Shown: one piece after another, positions 9,718-22,105 of the stretch
Layout of the letters: each line of letters begins with the position of its first letter
Numbering within the stretch: position 1 is the stretch's first letter
Assembly: GCA_003278925.1 (NCBI GenBank)
Contig: QCCN01000007.1
Location: forward strand, 19,742 to 83,741
Length of the DNA stretch: 64,000 nucleotides
Source of the DNA: Prochlorococcus sp. AG-347-L17
Lineage (GTDB): Bacteria; Cyanobacteriota; Cyanobacteriia; PCC-6307; Cyanobiaceae
Direction of reading: 5' to 3'
Notes under the pieces: generated by a model
The model's input: the letters and a program-made list of their open reading frames with translations, nothing else
The model's database searches: none
Told to the model about the DNA's origin: nothing
Program-made: the position numbers and the translations under genes

Positions 9718-11424
9718 CTATAATTTTTTAATCAATTGTTTTTCACATAATTCTTTATAAATTCCAGGTTTATTTATTAAATCAATGTGTTTTCCAACTT
9801 CAATAATTTTACCTTTATCGAAAACAACTATTTCATTAGCCTCTTGAGTAGTGGCCAATCTATGAGCAATTACAATAACTGTTCTATCTTTCATAGCTCT
9901 ATTAAGTCCTTTTTGTACTTCAGATTCAGATTCTGCATCTAATGCACTTGTGGCCTCATCTAAAAGGAGAATTGAGGGGTTCCCAAGTATTGCTCTTGCA
10001 ATTGCTATCCTCTGTATCTGGCCACCTGAGAAATTTGATCCTCTTTCAGATATTTCAGTTTCATATTTCTCAGGAAGCTTTTGAATGAAGTTGTGAGCGT
10101 TTGCTTTTCTTGCTGATTCTATAACCTCTTCTTTGGTGAAATTTCTCCCCATTCTTATTACATCAATAATTGTTCCTGAAAACAAAAAAGGCTGTTGTTG
10201 TACTAATGCAATGTTTTTTCTAATATCTTTTGTATTTAATATTTTGAGATTTTTATCATCTATAAAAATGTCTCCATTATTTGGAGTTATAAACTTTAAT
10301 ATCAAAGCCAACATTGTACTTTTACCAGCTCCAGAAGCTCCAACAAATGCTGTGACTTCACCTCTTTTAATTTCTAAATTGATATTTTTAAGTACTTGAT
10401 TATCTTTTTCGTAAGCGAAATTTACTTTCTTGAAACTTATCTTGCCTTCACAATTGGATATCCTTTGTAAATTTTCTTTACCATCTTCGACAGGTTCTTG
10501 ATTTATATTCTTCAACCTTTTTATTGAGGCTTCTGCCTGTTTATAGTCATTAAAATTTGTGCTTACATGGCTTATTGGATCAATAAGCATTAATATTGCT
10601 GCAAAAAAACTACTAAATTCTTCGCTTGTTAGAAGGCCTTGATTTATTCTTGCAGCTCCTAAACCTAATATTGCTAATATTCCAAATGCTTCAACAAATC
10701 CTACAACTGGATGTTGAAATGCAAGTAGTTTTAATGTTTTATATTTTGCTTGTTTATTTGTCCTTAATCTTTTATAAAATCTATTCTCAATCCAATTTTC
10801 TGCAGCAAAAGCTCTTATCGTGGACATTCCATTTATAGATTCACCTATTAATCCTGCTAAATTACTTGTTGATTCTTGACTTTTTTCGGATGCAATTAAA
10901 ACTCTTCTTCCAAAACTGTTAACTGAAAGAATAATCAATGGTGCTAAAACGAATGTTGACACTGTTAGTGACCAGTCTAAATAAAACATGTAGATTATTA
11001 CCGCTAACAACTGTAAGGTGCATGGAATAGTATCTTGAGCTGTTTTATAAATAACTTCGCTTACCCTGTCTGCATCTTCTGTAAGTCTATATGTGATGTC
11101 CCCAGCTGAAATACTTTCAACCGAATTCATCTTTATTTTTTGAATTCTTCTAAATAAATTTCCTCTCATCACTTCACTAATTTCTAAAGATGGTTTTGCT
11201 ATGAATACATCTTGTCCAAATTGAGCAGTTTTCTGAACTAAAAATACAAATAAAGACTTAATTATTATGCTAGAAACTTTTGAAAGATCACCTGACCCAA
11301 TTGATGGGATTAAGTTTCCAGCTAAAAAAGCTAATAAAGGCCAACAAGCTACGTAAATGAGCATGCATATAAAACCCTTGATAAACCTATTTGAATATGG
11401 TCTGACTGGTGGTATTAGTCTCAA
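9718..11424 (-). CDS. ABC transporter fused permease/ATPase (MsbA-like exporter)
   Basis: N-terminal TM domain; GASGAGKS, FSGGQ, ILLLDEAT, IAHR. Confidence 0.92.
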   Translation of the reverse strand: MRLIPPVRPYSNRFIKGFICMLIYVACWPLLAFLAGNLIPSIGSGDLSKVSSIIIKSLFVFLVQKTAQFGQDVFIAKPSLEISEVMRGNLFRRIQKIKMNSVESISAGDITYRLTEDADRVSEVIYKTAQDTIPCTLQLLAVIIYMFYLDWSLTVSTFVLAPLIILSVNSFGRRVLIASEKSQESTSNLAGLIGESINGMSTIRAFAAENWIENRFYKRLRTNKQAKYKTLKLLAFQHPVVGFVEAFGILAILGLGAARINQGLLTSEEFSSFFAAILMLIDPISHVSTNFNDYKQAEASIKRLKNINQEPVEDGKENLQRISNCEGKISFKKVNFAYEKDNQVLKNINLEIKRGEVTAFVGASGAGKSTMLALILKFITPNNGDIFIDDKNLKILNTKDIRKNIALVQQQPFLFSGTIIDVIRMGRNFTKEEVIESARKANAHNFIQKLPEKYETEISERGSNFSGGQIQRIAIARAILGNPSILLLDEATSALDAESESEVQKGLNRAMKDRTVIVIAHRLATTQEANEIVVFDKGKIIEVGKHIDLINKPGIYKELCEKQLIKKL

Positions 11425-11481
11425 GTTATTATATATTTAATTGTTTATCCTACTTTATCAATATCTTTGGGTATAAAAACA

Positions 11482-11658
11482 ATGAAATTGGATCAATTCT
11501 TAAAATGGAAAAATTTGGTATCTTCTGGTGGCGAAGCAAAAATTTTTATTAAATCGGGTTCTGTTAAGGTTAATGGTGTAATTGAGACTAGGAGAGGAAG
11601 GAAGTTAGATAAGGGAGATAAAGTAATATTTCTAAAAAATGAATTAATTTTTGAATAG
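11482..11658 (+). CDS. S4-domain RNA-binding protein (YaaA-like)
   Basis: MKLDQFLKW...SGGEAK...VKVNG.ETRRGRKL; start re-called to ATG 11482. Confidence 0.88.
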   Translation: MKLDQFLKWKNLVSSGGEAKIFIKSGSVKVNGVIETRRGRKLDKGDKVIFLKNELIFE

Positions 11659-11710
11659 TTAGCTTATTCAACTCACTTTGTATTAGTATGTTTTTCTTGG
11701 AGATAGTATT

Positions 11711-12436
11711 TTGAGAAAATCTGTAATTGCTGGTAATTGGAAAATGCACATGACTTGTGCTGATGCTAAATCATATCTAGAAAAGTTTATTCCCTTAATA
11801 AAAAACATAAAAAACGATCGTAAAATCGTTATTGCTCCACCTTTTACAGCTATTTCAACCTTTTCGGATCATTCTGATTTTGAATATTTAGATATTTCTA
11901 GTCAAAATATTCATTGGGAAGATCAAGGGGCATTTACTGCAGAAATATCTCCAAAAATGCTTCTTGAACATGGTGTCGCATATGCAATCGTTGGTCATAG
12001 TGAACCAAGGAAATATTTTAGTGAAAGTGATGAACAAATTAATAAAAGAGCAGTTTTTGCACAATCTAGTGGACTTACTCCAATAGTTTGTGTAGGAGAA
12101 ACATTAGAACAAAGAGAAAGAGGAGAAGCTGTTAGAGTTATTACTAGACAGGTCGAACAAGGATTAGAAAATACAGATCCAGCTAATTTAATTGTTGCCT
12201 ATGAACCAATATGGGCTATTGGCACTGGTAAAACATGTGAGGCAGAAGACGCTAATAAGATATGTTCTTTGATTCGGAAATTAATAGGTTTTGATGATGT
12301 AATTATTCAATATGGTGGATCTGTTAAACCTAATAATATTGACGAAATAATGTCAATGAGTGATATAGATGGGGTGTTAGTTGGAGGCGCTTCATTAGAT
12401 CCGAATAGTTTTGCGAGAATTGCAAATTATCAATAA
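11711..12436 (+). CDS. tpiA: triosephosphate isomerase
   Basis: [29 protein letters not shown]. Confidence 0.98.
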   Translation: MRKSVIAGNWKMHMTCADAKSYLEKFIPLIKNIKNDRKIVIAPPFTAISTFSDHSDFEYLDISSQNIHWEDQGAFTAEISPKMLLEHGVAYAIVGHSEPRKYFSESDEQINKRAVFAQSSGLTPIVCVGETLEQRERGEAVRVITRQVEQGLENTDPANLIVAYEPIWAIGTGKTCEAEDANKICSLIRKLIGFDDVIIQYGGSVKPNNIDEIMSMSDIDGVLVGGASLDPNSFARIANYQ

Positions 12437-13265
12437 GACGAATCCATGGCCAAAAGGGTGGGGCCAAAAAACTTCAATTATGGGAGTTATTAATTTAACT
12501 CCTGATTCATTTAGTGATGGTGGGGAATTAAACTCCTCAAAAAAAGTTATAGATCAAGTAGACCATTTCTTGAGCAATGGTGTTGATGTAATTGATCTTG
12601 GTGCTCAAAGTACGAGACCTGGAGCTGAAGAAGTTGGATCTAGTAAAGAAATAAAAAGATTGATCCCATATCTAAAATTAATAAAATCTGAATTTCCAGA
12701 TGTTTTGATTTCTATTGATACTTTTAATTCTGAAGTGGCTTACGAAGCTCTTTTAAATGGTGCTAACTGGATAAATGATGTCACGGGAGGAAGAAGAGAT
12801 ATAAAAATTTTGGATGTTGTATCAAAATTCAACTGTCCATTTGTGATAACTCATAGTCGTGGTAATAGTCAAAATATGAATCAACTCTCTAATTACCAGA
12901 ATGTATTGAGTGATGTTAAGTGCTCGCTTGATAATTTAATAAAAAATGCTTTAGAAAAAAATATATCTGAAAAAAATATAATAGTTGATCCTGGAATTGG
13001 GTTTTCAAAGGATATCATTCATAATTTGGAAATCTTGAGAAACTTAGATGTATTTAAAAAATGGAATTTGCCAATTTTGATAGGTGCATCTAGGAAGAGA
13101 TTTATCGGAGAAATTTTGAATGAGAAAAATCCCAAAGAAAGAGATATAGGAACACTCGCAATAAGTTGTCTTTGTTCTCAATTTAATATTGACATTGTGA
13201 GGGTTCACAACGTCAAACTAAATTATCAAATCCTTAAAGTAGCTGATAAGATTTACAGAAAATGA
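12411..13265 (+). CDS. folP: dihydropteroate synthase
   Basis: [33 protein letters not shown]; exact start uncertain. Confidence 0.97.
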   Translation: MRELQIINKTNPWPKGWGQKTSIMGVINLTPDSFSDGGELNSSKKVIDQVDHFLSNGVDVIDLGAQSTRPGAEEVGSSKEIKRLIPYLKLIKSEFPDVLISIDTFNSEVAYEALLNGANWINDVTGGRRDIKILDVVSKFNCPFVITHSRGNSQNMNQLSNYQNVLSDVKCSLDNLIKNALEKNISEKNIIVDPGIGFSKDIIHNLEILRNLDVFKKWNLPILIGASRKRFIGEILNEKNPKERDIGTLAISCLCSQFNIDIVRVHNVKLNYQILKVADKIYRK

Positions 13266-13273
13266 TAAATTAA

Positions 13274-16200
13274 TTATTCTTTAACTCCTTCGATTTTATC
13301 CTCTACCTCTTGGTATAGTTCTTTCAACTGTTCAATATTCTCATCTGAAGTTTCCCAATATCCCCTACCATTAACTTCTAGCAAAGTTCCAACAATTCTT
13401 CTGAAACTATTAGGATTAAGATCCATTAATCTTTTCCTCATCTCTTCGTCATTTATAAATGTTTCATTAGTTTCTTCATATACAAAATTATCTACTTGAC
13501 CACTTGTCGCACTCCAACCAAGAGTGTAATTAAGTCTGTTAGAAAGTTCTCTAACTCCTTCATAACCAGATTTAAGCATACCTTCATACCACTTAGGATT
13601 TAAAAGTTTTGTCCTTGAGTCTAATCTGATGGTTTCTCCAAGTGTTCTAACTTGAGCATTAGAAGTAGTAGTGTCTGCTATATAGCTACTTGGTTCTTTC
13701 CCATCATCTCTAAGTGTCTTAATCAATTTTGTTGGATCTGAATCAAAATAATGACTTACATCTGTTAATGAAATCTCTGAGGAATCAAGGTTTTGAAATG
13801 TAACATCTGCTGTTTTCATTACTGACTCAAATACCTCTCTTTTTTGATTCATTTCACCTGGATTATCAGCATTAAAAGCATATGTTTTGCGTGATAAATA
13901 CATTTCTTGTAATTCATTTTCTTCCTCCCAAGTTGAGTTTTCTACAGCTAAATTAACATTTGAACTGTAGCTTCCACTTGCGTTAGAGAATACTCTCGCT
14001 GAAGCTTCTCTTATAGAGGTACCTTCTTTTTCTGCTTGTTCTAGTGAATGTTTCCTTACAAAATTAGATTCCAATGGTTCATCAGCCTCAGCCGCTAATT
14101 TGACCGCCTGATCTATTAAGGCCATCTGATTTATAAATAGATCTCTAAAAACTCCTGAGCAGTTAACGACTACATCTATTCTTGGCCTACCTAATTCTTC
14201 TAAAGGGATTAATTCTAATTTGTTGATTCTTCCCACAGAATCTGGTTTTGGTTTTACACCGACAAACCATAAGATTTGAGCAAGTGATTCTCCATAAGTT
14301 TTGATATTATCAGTACCCCATAAAACACAGGCAATTGTTTCAGGCCAAGTTCCTTGCTCTTCTTTTTGTCTTTCAATTAATTTGTCAACAACTGACTTTG
14401 CAGCAGCTACAGCTGCTGTAGTAGGGATTGATTGTGGATCAAGTGCATGGATATTTTTACCACTTGGTAAAACACCTGGATTTCTTATGGGATCTCCACC
14501 TGGTCCAGGTAAAACATAATTTCCATCTAATGCTTTAATGAGGCTATCCATTTCTTTATCAGCACAGACCTGTTCCAAACAGAAAAGTAAGTAATCAAAT
14601 AATTTATTTAATTCCTTCTGATTAACTTCATTAAATCCATTTAAGGTACAGACCCTTAGCCAAGGGGTAGGTAAATTCAAACCAAATACTTTAAGAAAGT
14701 CAAACAATTTGGAAAGAAGTGATTTTTCTAAATAAACTCTGCCATCAACAATTTTTAAAGAGTTGACCATTGCAAAAATAGACTCTCTTGCTGTCTTTAT
14801 GATTTTTTCATTTAGCTCTACAAATTTGAGTTCACCTTTATTATTGCCATCATAAATTTGTTCAATAGTTAGGCCCATGGATTCAGCTAGCAATCCAGGA
14901 AGAGATCTTAATCCCTCTTGCTCTCTTTCTAATGATGCAATATTTACAAGTGTTGCAACAGCTTCTTCTGCTGTTGGGGCTTCTCCAATAGTATGAAGAC
15001 CGCAAGGTAATAATCTACTTTCAATTTCCATCAACTGTTTATAGACATTCCCAACAAATAAATCTCTTTCATCTATTGAGAGTTCTTCTACATCTTTTGA
15101 AGGGAGCTCAACATCCTTGTCAAGATTACATTGTTTAGAAGTCTCAACTATCGCATTAACAATTTGAATACCCCTGCTATTTTCTCTTAATTGTTGATAA
15201 GAACCAACGAGTTCACTTAGTTCTTTAAGTCCTTTGTAGAGTCCTGCATTTTCCGCTGGAGGAGTCAGATAACTAATAGTTGAAGCATATCCTCTTCTCT
15301 TCGCAATTGTTGCTTCAGATGGATTATTCGCAGCATAGTAATACAAATTAGGCAATGATCCAATGAGAGAATCCGGATAGCAAGTTTCACTCATGCCCAT
15401 CTGTTTACCAGGCATAAATTCAAGTGATCCATGAGTTCCAAAATGAAGAACAGCATCAGCTCCCCAGATTTTTTCTACATAGGTGTAATAAGCGGCAAAA
15501 CCATGATGAGGACTAGCACTTCTTGAATAAAGTAACCTCATTGGATCACCTTCATAACCGAATGTAGGTTGAACACCTATAAAAACATTTCCAAAATGTT
15601 TTCCATAAATAAGAAGGTTTTGTCCGTCACTATTGAGGTTTCCAGGAGGTTTACCCCAATTCTCTTCAAGTCTTTGAGAATATGGTGTGAACTCTTCGTA
15701 TTCTTTTACTGACATCTTATGAGCAATATTTAACTCTGGAGAGCCATCCATCGCTTCAGGGTTGTTAATTACTTTTTCCATTAATTCTTTTGAATTACTT
15801 GGAAGTTCATCTATTTGATATCCTTTTGATTTCATTTCAAGAAGTACTCTATAAATTGAACCAAAAACATTCAAGTATGCTGCCGTTCCAACATTTCCTT
15901 TGTCTGGTGGAAAACTAAATACTGTGATGGCTAATTTTTTTTCCTTTCTTTGTTTAACTCTTAAAGTTGACCATTTTATTGCTCTTTCAGCTATTACATC
16001 AACACGATCTTGGAGCGTATGCGCCTTACCTGTAGCATCATCACGACCTGAGAGAATAATAGGTTCAATAGCACCATCAAGCTCTGGAATTGCAATCTGT
16101 AGTGCTACCTGAACAGGGTGTAAACCTAGATCACTATCTTCCCATTCTTGTGTGGTTTGGAAAACTAATGGAAGTGCAACCATATAGGGTCTGTTTAACC

Positions 16201-17284
16201 TTTTTAGGGCTTCAATAGCTTTAGGATGATCTTGTCTTGCTGGCCCACCAACTAGTGCAAATCCTGTTAGAGATACAACTCCATCTACTATAGGTTGATC
16301 TTTATTTATGGAATCATAATAAAATTCATTAACTGGTTTAGAAAAATCTAAACCTCCACAAAAGATAGGTAGAACTCTCGCACCTCTGTATTCTAATTCT
16401 TGAATAACAGCAACGTAATGAGCATCATCTCCCGTAACGATATGACTCCTTTGAAGCACTAGGCCTATTGTTGGAGTTTTGTCATCTTTAGGATTTATAT
16501 CTTTCCTGTTATTTTCCCAATTTTGATATTCTTTAAGACTTTCAAACATGCAAGGAGCAAGAGGATGCCAAATTCCTAAATCTGGAAATGTTTCAGGGTC
16601 TTGAATTTTGAATTCTTCTATTTGATCCTTTATTATTTCTGAAACAGCGTACTTTTCAGAAATCATTAACAAGAAGTTTTTTAGGTTCTCAGTTGTACCA
16701 CCTAACCAGTACTGAAAACTTAGAATAAATGTTCTAGCATCTTGAGCTTTTTCTACTGGTAGATATTTAAGTATTGAAGGTAGTGTATTTAATAACTTCA
16801 ACATTGAATCTTGGAAACTTGCTCCATCAGATTCTTTTTTCTTTTTTATTAAATCTCCAATAATACTTTTAGATTGACCAAGTTGGGCCATACTAAATGA
16901 ACCTAGCTTATTTAATCTCATTACCTCTGGCATGGAGGGGAAAACAATTGACGCTTTAAGTTTGTCCTTAAATGGAGATACCGCATCAACAACTTTTTGA
17001 GCAAGGTCTTCAATGAATATTAGAGAAGCAACGAATATATCTGCATTAGCTATATCTTCTTTAAAATCTTCAAAATTACTATCATTCCTAAGTTCTTCGA
17101 TAAGATAGCCGCTAAGGTCTATACCTATTGGCCCATTCATCTTATTTATTGACTTTGCAGCTTCTGTTAAGGAATTTTGGTATTGTGGCTCAAGGACAAC
17201 ATAAACTGCTTTTATTACAACTTTGTGTTTGTTATCCTCAACAGGAGATACTCTGCGGTTTGCTGAGCGGACCTGCGTAAACAT
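13274..17284 (-). CDS. chlH: magnesium chelatase subunit H
   Basis: 1336 aa; [38 protein letters not shown]. Confidence 0.97.
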   Translation of the reverse strand: MFTQVRSANRRVSPVEDNKHKVVIKAVYVVLEPQYQNSLTEAAKSINKMNGPIGIDLSGYLIEELRNDSNFEDFKEDIANADIFVASLIFIEDLAQKVVDAVSPFKDKLKASIVFPSMPEVMRLNKLGSFSMAQLGQSKSIIGDLIKKKKESDGASFQDSMLKLLNTLPSILKYLPVEKAQDARTFILSFQYWLGGTTENLKNFLLMISEKYAVSEIIKDQIEEFKIQDPETFPDLGIWHPLAPCMFESLKEYQNWENNRKDINPKDDKTPTIGLVLQRSHIVTGDDAHYVAVIQELEYRGARVLPIFCGGLDFSKPVNEFYYDSINKDQPIVDGVVSLTGFALVGGPARQDHPKAIEALKRLNRPYMVALPLVFQTTQEWEDSDLGLHPVQVALQIAIPELDGAIEPIILSGRDDATGKAHTLQDRVDVIAERAIKWSTLRVKQRKEKKLAITVFSFPPDKGNVGTAAYLNVFGSIYRVLLEMKSKGYQIDELPSNSKELMEKVINNPEAMDGSPELNIAHKMSVKEYEEFTPYSQRLEENWGKPPGNLNSDGQNLLIYGKHFGNVFIGVQPTFGYEGDPMRLLYSRSASPHHGFAAYYTYVEKIWGADAVLHFGTHGSLEFMPGKQMGMSETCYPDSLIGSLPNLYYYAANNPSEATIAKRRGYASTISYLTPPAENAGLYKGLKELSELVGSYQQLRENSRGIQIVNAIVETSKQCNLDKDVELPSKDVEELSIDERDLFVGNVYKQLMEIESRLLPCGLHTIGEAPTAEEAVATLVNIASLEREQEGLRSLPGLLAESMGLTIEQIYDGNNKGELKFVELNEKIIKTARESIFAMVNSLKIVDGRVYLEKSLLSKLFDFLKVFGLNLPTPWLRVCTLNGFNEVNQKELNKLFDYLLFCLEQVCADKEMDSLIKALDGNYVLPGPGGDPIRNPGVLPSGKNIHALDPQSIPTTAAVAAAKSVVDKLIERQKEEQGTWPETIACVLWGTDNIKTYGESLAQILWFVGVKPKPDSVGRINKLELIPLEELGRPRIDVVVNCSGVFRDLFINQMALIDQAVKLAAEADEPLESNFVRKHSLEQAEKEGTSIREASARVFSNASGSYSSNVNLAVENSTWEEENELQEMYLSRKTYAFNADNPGEMNQKREVFESVMKTADVTFQNLDSSEISLTDVSHYFDSDPTKLIKTLRDDGKEPSSYIADTTTSNAQVRTLGETIRLDSRTKLLNPKWYEGMLKSGYEGVRELSNRLNYTLGWSATSGQVDNFVYEETNETFINDEEMRKRLMDLNPNSFRRIVGTLLEVNGRGYWETSDENIEQLKELYQEVEDKIEGVKE

Positions 17285-17386
17285 TGATTTTCTTTAAGTA
17301 TTTCTACCAGCCTACGAATGAAAAGACGTTATTGTGTGCAATATAAATAGCGTGTAACAACCTTTAAAAAAAAATTTTTTAAAAAA

Positions 17387-18235
17387 ATGATTGAAAATTC
17401 CAAAAAACCCATACCAGTACTAGTATCCGGAGCTTTAGGCAGAATGGGTAGTGAAGTTGTTAATACTGTATTAAATTCTACAGATTGTGAACTTGTTGCA
17501 GCAATCGACATAAACGAAAAGAACAATGGTTCAAATATTTCTACCTTATTGAAGGTAAAAGATTGTGATGTTTTTGTTTCAAATGATTTTGAAGGAACTT
17601 TATGTTCTGTTAGTCAAAATTATAGAAATGAAAATATCAAACCTGTACTGGTTGATTTTACTCATCCTGATTCTGTATATGAAAATACCAGGTCAGCTAT
17701 TGCATATGGTGTATCACCAGTTGTAGGAACTACAGGTCTAAGCCCTTCGCAAATACAAGATTTGTCTGTTTTTGCTCAGAAAGCATCTGTTGGTTGTGCA
17801 ATAATTCCTAATTTTTCAGTCGGTATGGTTCTTCTTCAGCAGGCGGCATCTGTAGCTGCAAGGTTTTACGACAATATTGAATTAATTGAGATGCATCATA
17901 ATCAAAAAGCTGATTCTCCTAGTGGGACGTGTATAAAAACTGCAGAAATGATTGAAGAATATCCAAAGAAATTTAATCAGAATTTAGTAAAGGAGTCTGA
18001 GTCATTGAAAGGTGTACGCGGTGGGCTCAGAGATTCAGGAATCAATATACATTCTGTACGATTACCAGGATTACTCGCTCATCAGTTAGTAATTATGGGA
18101 TCTCCAGGTGAAACTTACACAATTAAACATGACACTATTGATAGAAAGGCATATATGCCAGGAGTTTTACAGGCTATTAAAAAAATTGGTAATTATGAAA
18201 CTTTAGTTTACGGACTTGAAAAATTGATTTTTTAA
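17387..18235 (+). CDS. dapB: 4-hydroxy-tetrahydrodipicolinate reductase
   Basis: [30 protein letters not shown]. Confidence 0.97.
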   Translation: MIENSKKPIPVLVSGALGRMGSEVVNTVLNSTDCELVAAIDINEKNNGSNISTLLKVKDCDVFVSNDFEGTLCSVSQNYRNENIKPVLVDFTHPDSVYENTRSAIAYGVSPVVGTTGLSPSQIQDLSVFAQKASVGCAIIPNFSVGMVLLQQAASVAARFYDNIELIEMHHNQKADSPSGTCIKTAEMIEEYPKKFNQNLVKESESLKGVRGGLRDSGINIHSVRLPGLLAHQLVIMGSPGETYTIKHDTIDRKAYMPGVLQAIKKIGNYETLVYGLEKLIF

Positions 18236-18236
18236 A

Positions 18237-18878
18237 ATGATAATTCCAATTAATTCAAGTCAAATTTCAAAACTTATTCCTGCCGTTGGTACAGGAAGTC
18301 AATTTAAGTACGCGTTGGGGAATCCTAGAAAAATTCTTCAAAGAGTAATAGTTTCTTCAATTGGTGGATTTATCTCATTAATTATTAGTTCGACTGGAGA
18401 TCAAACTAATAATTTCTGGTTATTCCTATGTGTAGGTTTCTTTTTGTATATCATCTGGGGCCCTATTCTTGAATCAAGTAGAAAAAACTTGCAATTAAGA
18501 AAATATAAATTTTTTTCTATATTTGATGGATATGTATCAGATATTTATAAAACAGAAAAGATTGAAAGTTCAAGAGAACAATCTAATAGGCAAGGTCGAT
18601 TAGAAGTTATCGAAAACAAAAGGACTTGGTTAGTACTTGAATTAGAAGATGAAGATGGTTATTTGGAAAAATTAAGTTTTCCTATGGAAAATAAGCACAG
18701 TCAAATTAGGGTTGGTTCGAGCATTAGGTGTTTAATAACATCTGATAACCGTAATTTTGACAGAGATTTTTATTTGACCGATGCTTGGCTTCCTGAAATT
18801 AACTTATGGGTTGGTGAGTACCCCTATTTATTAAGACCAGCATTTGAGGAAATTTGCTATATTTATCTGAATAGATAG
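18237..18878 (+). CDS. conserved cyanobacterial hypothetical membrane protein
   Basis: 213-aa ORF immediately after dapB with two TM segments; WVGEYPYL C-terminal motif. Confidence 0.75.
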   Translation: MIIPINSSQISKLIPAVGTGSQFKYALGNPRKILQRVIVSSIGGFISLIISSTGDQTNNFWLFLCVGFFLYIIWGPILESSRKNLQLRKYKFFSIFDGYVSDIYKTEKIESSREQSNRQGRLEVIENKRTWLVLELEDEDGYLEKLSFPMENKHSQIRVGSSIRCLITSDNRNFDRDFYLTDAWLPEINLWVGEYPYLLRPAFEEICYIYLNR

Positions 18879-18897
18879 TTGATGCTCATATAATACG

Positions 18898-20052
18898 ATG
18901 AAAAATAAATTGAATTTTAAAATTGTTGGATCAGGTCCCACAGGTTTATTACTTTCAATTGCACTTTCAAAATTTGATTGCAATATTTTTTTAACTGATT
19001 TATTAACAAAAGATAGATTAATTGATAAAGATAAAACTTATGCAATTACTCACTCATCAAGAAAAATCTTATCTAAATTCAGACTTTGGGAAAAATTAGA
19101 ACCATTTTTATTTGGCTTTGATACCCTTTCAATTTCAGATAGCGTAACTTCTGCTTTCACCAATTTATCAACTTCTGACTTAGATGATGATATAAGTTCT
19201 GCCGAAAATATTGGCTGGGTAGTTAAACATTCGGATCTCATGAACGTATTTTTTCAAGAAATTGACAATTATGAAAATATTTTTTTTATAACGCCACAGA
19301 GATTGTTACGTAAAAAAATATTATTTGACTATCAATTCTTTTCAACAGGGGCTAACTCACTTGATAAAAAATTCATAGATTTTGTTGATATAAAAAAATC
19401 GTATAGTCAGTCTTGTTTAACTTTTAAAGTTTCTCTTAGAGGTCATTCTGAAAAACGAGCTTATGAAATTTTTAGAAAAGAAGGCCCACTTGCATTATTA
19501 CCTTTAGAAAAAAACTTATATCAAGTAATTTGGACTTCAAGTACATTAAAGGCAATTGAAAGGTTGAATTCTGACAAGAATTTTTTAATGGATAATTTAT
19601 CAACAATCTTGCCTAATGAATTTAAGTTGGACCAAATTATAGGCGAATTTAATATTTTTCCTGTTTCATTATCCTTAAACTTACCAGTTTTAAATTTTAA
19701 AAAATTAGTTTTTGTAGGAGATGCATTTCATACATTTCATCCTGTTGGTGGTCAGGGTTTAAATACTTGCTGGAGAGATGTTAATACTATTTATGATCTT
19801 TTTAATAAAAATACTGCTTTTACTAAATTGCAATTGATAATATTTAAATTTAAGTATTTATCAAGCAGAATTTTAGATATTATTGTCACTATTTTTATAA
19901 CTGACTCGTTGATATCAATTTTTGCTAATCGAAACGTTTTTTTATTTCCAATAAGGAAATTTTCATTTTTACTTTTAAATAAATTTCTTTTTACAAGAAA
20001 ATTAGTCCTTAATCAAATGACTAAATCTCTAATTTACTCAAGTATTAAATAG
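18898..20052 (+). CDS. FAD-dependent monooxygenase, UbiH/COQ6 family
   Basis: IVGSGPTG FAD motif, GPLALLP, VGDAFHTFHPVGGQGLN. Confidence 0.85.
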   Translation: MKNKLNFKIVGSGPTGLLLSIALSKFDCNIFLTDLLTKDRLIDKDKTYAITHSSRKILSKFRLWEKLEPFLFGFDTLSISDSVTSAFTNLSTSDLDDDISSAENIGWVVKHSDLMNVFFQEIDNYENIFFITPQRLLRKKILFDYQFFSTGANSLDKKFIDFVDIKKSYSQSCLTFKVSLRGHSEKRAYEIFRKEGPLALLPLEKNLYQVIWTSSTLKAIERLNSDKNFLMDNLSTILPNEFKLDQIIGEFNIFPVSLSLNLPVLNFKKLVFVGDAFHTFHPVGGQGLNTCWRDVNTIYDLFNKNTAFTKLQLIIFKFKYLSSRILDIIVTIFITDSLISIFANRNVFLFPIRKFSFLLLNKFLFTRKLVLNQMTKSLIYSSIK

Positions 20053-20057
20053 AATTC

Positions 20058-20255
20058 ATGAATAATTACTTATCTAGAGAAATGATAATTTATTTATTTG
20101 ATGTATTAGGTTTAGATGAATCTACTATTGAACTTGGTATAAAATTATCTATAAAAAATAACACTCCATTGCCAATATTATTATGGAGTTATGGAATGCT
20201 AACTATTGAAGAACTAGATAAGTTATATTCATTTTTATTTCAAAAAATGGATTAA
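20058..20255 (+). CDS. DUF2949 family small protein
   Basis: PLPILLWSYGMLTIEELDKL motif. Confidence 0.75.
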   Translation: MNNYLSREMIIYLFDVLGLDESTIELGIKLSIKNNTPLPILLWSYGMLTIEELDKLYSFLFQKMD

Positions 20256-20294
20256 TAATTCTGTTATAATTTTCTTATATCTTAATCGAGAACA

Positions 20295-20825
20295 ATTACA
20301 GATTTAACTAAGGGAAATCAGGTATCAAGACAATCTATAGAGAAGCTTGATTTATTATTAATAATCCTAGAAACTATTGATTTAAATGGTATACAATCCC
20401 TTTACGCTATATCAAATAGACTTGATTTAAATGATGTTCTGCCAAATAAAATTACTATTTGGAAATTAAGGAATAATAATCCATTGAGAAATTCTTATGT
20501 TAACAACAATATTAAAGTAAACGAATTCGATGCCTTAATTAAAATCACCGTTGAAATGTCCAAATATTTATATCCTTATATTAGAGAGATACTGAAATCT
20601 AAAGAAGATATTAAAGAGAATTCAATTATTTGGAGTGATTTTAATAAGAGATTTATTGAGTTGATTAAAGAGAGATTTAATGTAGATAGTATGAGAGTGA
20701 AAAAGCTTTTAAATCAAACTGAAAATGGTGAGATTATAATAAAATATTTGCTTATTTTATCTTTTTGTATTTCAAATCAGGGTTATCAAAAGTTGAAGAA
20801 TTTTTTATACGATTTTTTAATATGA
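20295..20825 (+). CDS. DUF3038 family protein, probable non-AUG (ATT) start
   Basis: Frame is open from 20286 and has no ATG/GTG/TTG until 20484; the upstream part reads TDLTKGNQVSRQSIEKLDLLLIILETIDLNGIQ..., typical of the family N-terminus. Confidence 0.65.
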   Translation: MTDLTKGNQVSRQSIEKLDLLLIILETIDLNGIQSLYAISNRLDLNDVLPNKITIWKLRNNNPLRNSYVNNNIKVNEFDALIKITVEMSKYLYPYIREILKSKEDIKENSIIWSDFNKRFIELIKERFNVDSMRVKKLLNQTENGEIIIKYLLILSFCISNQGYQKLKNFLYDFLI

Positions 20826-21412
20826 TGCAAAATAAATTGTCATTTCATCAATCTTCAGTAAGTCTCGAAATAATCGGATTGCCAGATTATTCCAATAATG
20901 AAAATAAAGATCAAATATCTATAATTTCTCAATGGAAACTAACCATAGTTGATAAACCACTAATTGAAGGCAAAATTGAACATTTAGGGCCTATTATTGA
21001 TGCTTTTTATATTTATTCAAATCTTTTAATAAAAAACGAAATTCCAATATATGAGTCTAAATTAATCGATATTAAAGCCGATAATCTCCACATACATAAT
21101 ATTGTTCTCAAGAGCTCTAAAGCAAATGTAAAGCCTTTAGTTCTAAAGATTGGTAATTCATTGCTTTCAGATACCATAAATTGTTTTGATCAGTTAATTG
21201 AATCGCCAAAAGTAAGAATAAAAAAAACAGATATACCTACTAAAATTCCAAAGAAATTAAAATTTGGGTTAAATAATAAAGTTAAATTTTTCAATTTCTT
21301 AATTCCACCGTTTTTTGCAATTTGTTCTTTAATTCTATTCTCTTCTTCTTTTATTTATTTTTATAGTCCTTTTGAAAATATAGAAAAAAAAGAACTAACA
21401 AATCCTAAATAA
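20822..21412 (+). CDS. DUF4335 family protein
   Basis: Start re-called to ATG 20822 (ATGA overlap with the previous stop); SLEIIGLPD motif, C-terminal TM. Confidence 0.7.
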   Translation: MMQNKLSFHQSSVSLEIIGLPDYSNNENKDQISIISQWKLTIVDKPLIEGKIEHLGPIIDAFYIYSNLLIKNEIPIYESKLIDIKADNLHIHNIVLKSSKANVKPLVLKIGNSLLSDTINCFDQLIESPKVRIKKTDIPTKIPKKLKFGLNNKVKFFNFLIPPFFAICSLILFSSSFIYFYSPFENIEKKELTNPK

Positions 21413-21500
21413 AGAGCAATTAGCATCTTAAATACAAAGACGATACCATAGGTTAATTTCTTTTCAGAGTTATTCAAATTTTTTCTTTGAGCTTTGATTT

Positions 21501-21869
21501 ATGGCAGATTTAAACATCCCAAATTTGAATATTAAACCTGATAAATATATTTTTAAAAAAAAATTAAATTTAAGAAGAAAATCTAAAAGAAGACTATTTA
21601 CTGAATCTTTCTTTTTGTTTATTTTGAGTGTTTTATTAGTTTACATAAATTATTTAATTCCTAATAAAAATTTGCTGTTACAAAATCTACCTTCGACATT
21701 TAATAAATCTTATTTATTATTGATTGATCTCTTTTCATATCTGTATGAGATATTTTTGGTGATTTTTATTTTTGTATCTTCTTTTACTTCTATTATTTTA
21801 ATGATAGGTTCATTTAATAGGTTATTTAAAGTCTCTAAGAGAAAGTCAAAACAAATTGTTCTTAAATAA
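21501..21869 (+). CDS. hypothetical membrane protein
   Basis: 122 aa, ATG start, two TM segments, basic termini. Confidence 0.7.
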   Translation: MADLNIPNLNIKPDKYIFKKKLNLRRKSKRRLFTESFFLFILSVLLVYINYLIPNKNLLLQNLPSTFNKSYLLLIDLFSYLYEIFLVIFIFVSSFTSIILMIGSFNRLFKVSKRKSKQIVLK

Positions 21870-21871
21870 TT

Positions 21872-22033
21872 TTAAATAGGTTGCATTAAGCCACCACTTC
21901 CTGAATCAGAATCATCATCATCATTTTCTGTTTCTTCACCAAATAATGCAAATATGCCTAATACAATGGATGAAAGAATAATTGATAAGGGTAAAATCGA
22001 AGTTTGGATTCCGACGTCTATATATTCACCCAT
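21872..22033 (-). CDS. 53-aa TM micro-protein with acidic/Gly tail
   Basis: MGEYIDVGIQTSILPLSIILSSIVLGIFALFGEETENDDDDSDSGSGGLMQPI*; fills the gap between 21869 and mfd. Confidence 0.75.
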   Translation of the reverse strand: MGEYIDVGIQTSILPLSIILSSIVLGIFALFGEETENDDDDSDSGSGGLMQPI

Positions 22034-22105
22034 AAAATAAATAAATTTTTATAAACCTAACCGAAATCAAACTGTTTCGCGGATTTTAAATAATTATTTA
22101 ATAAT

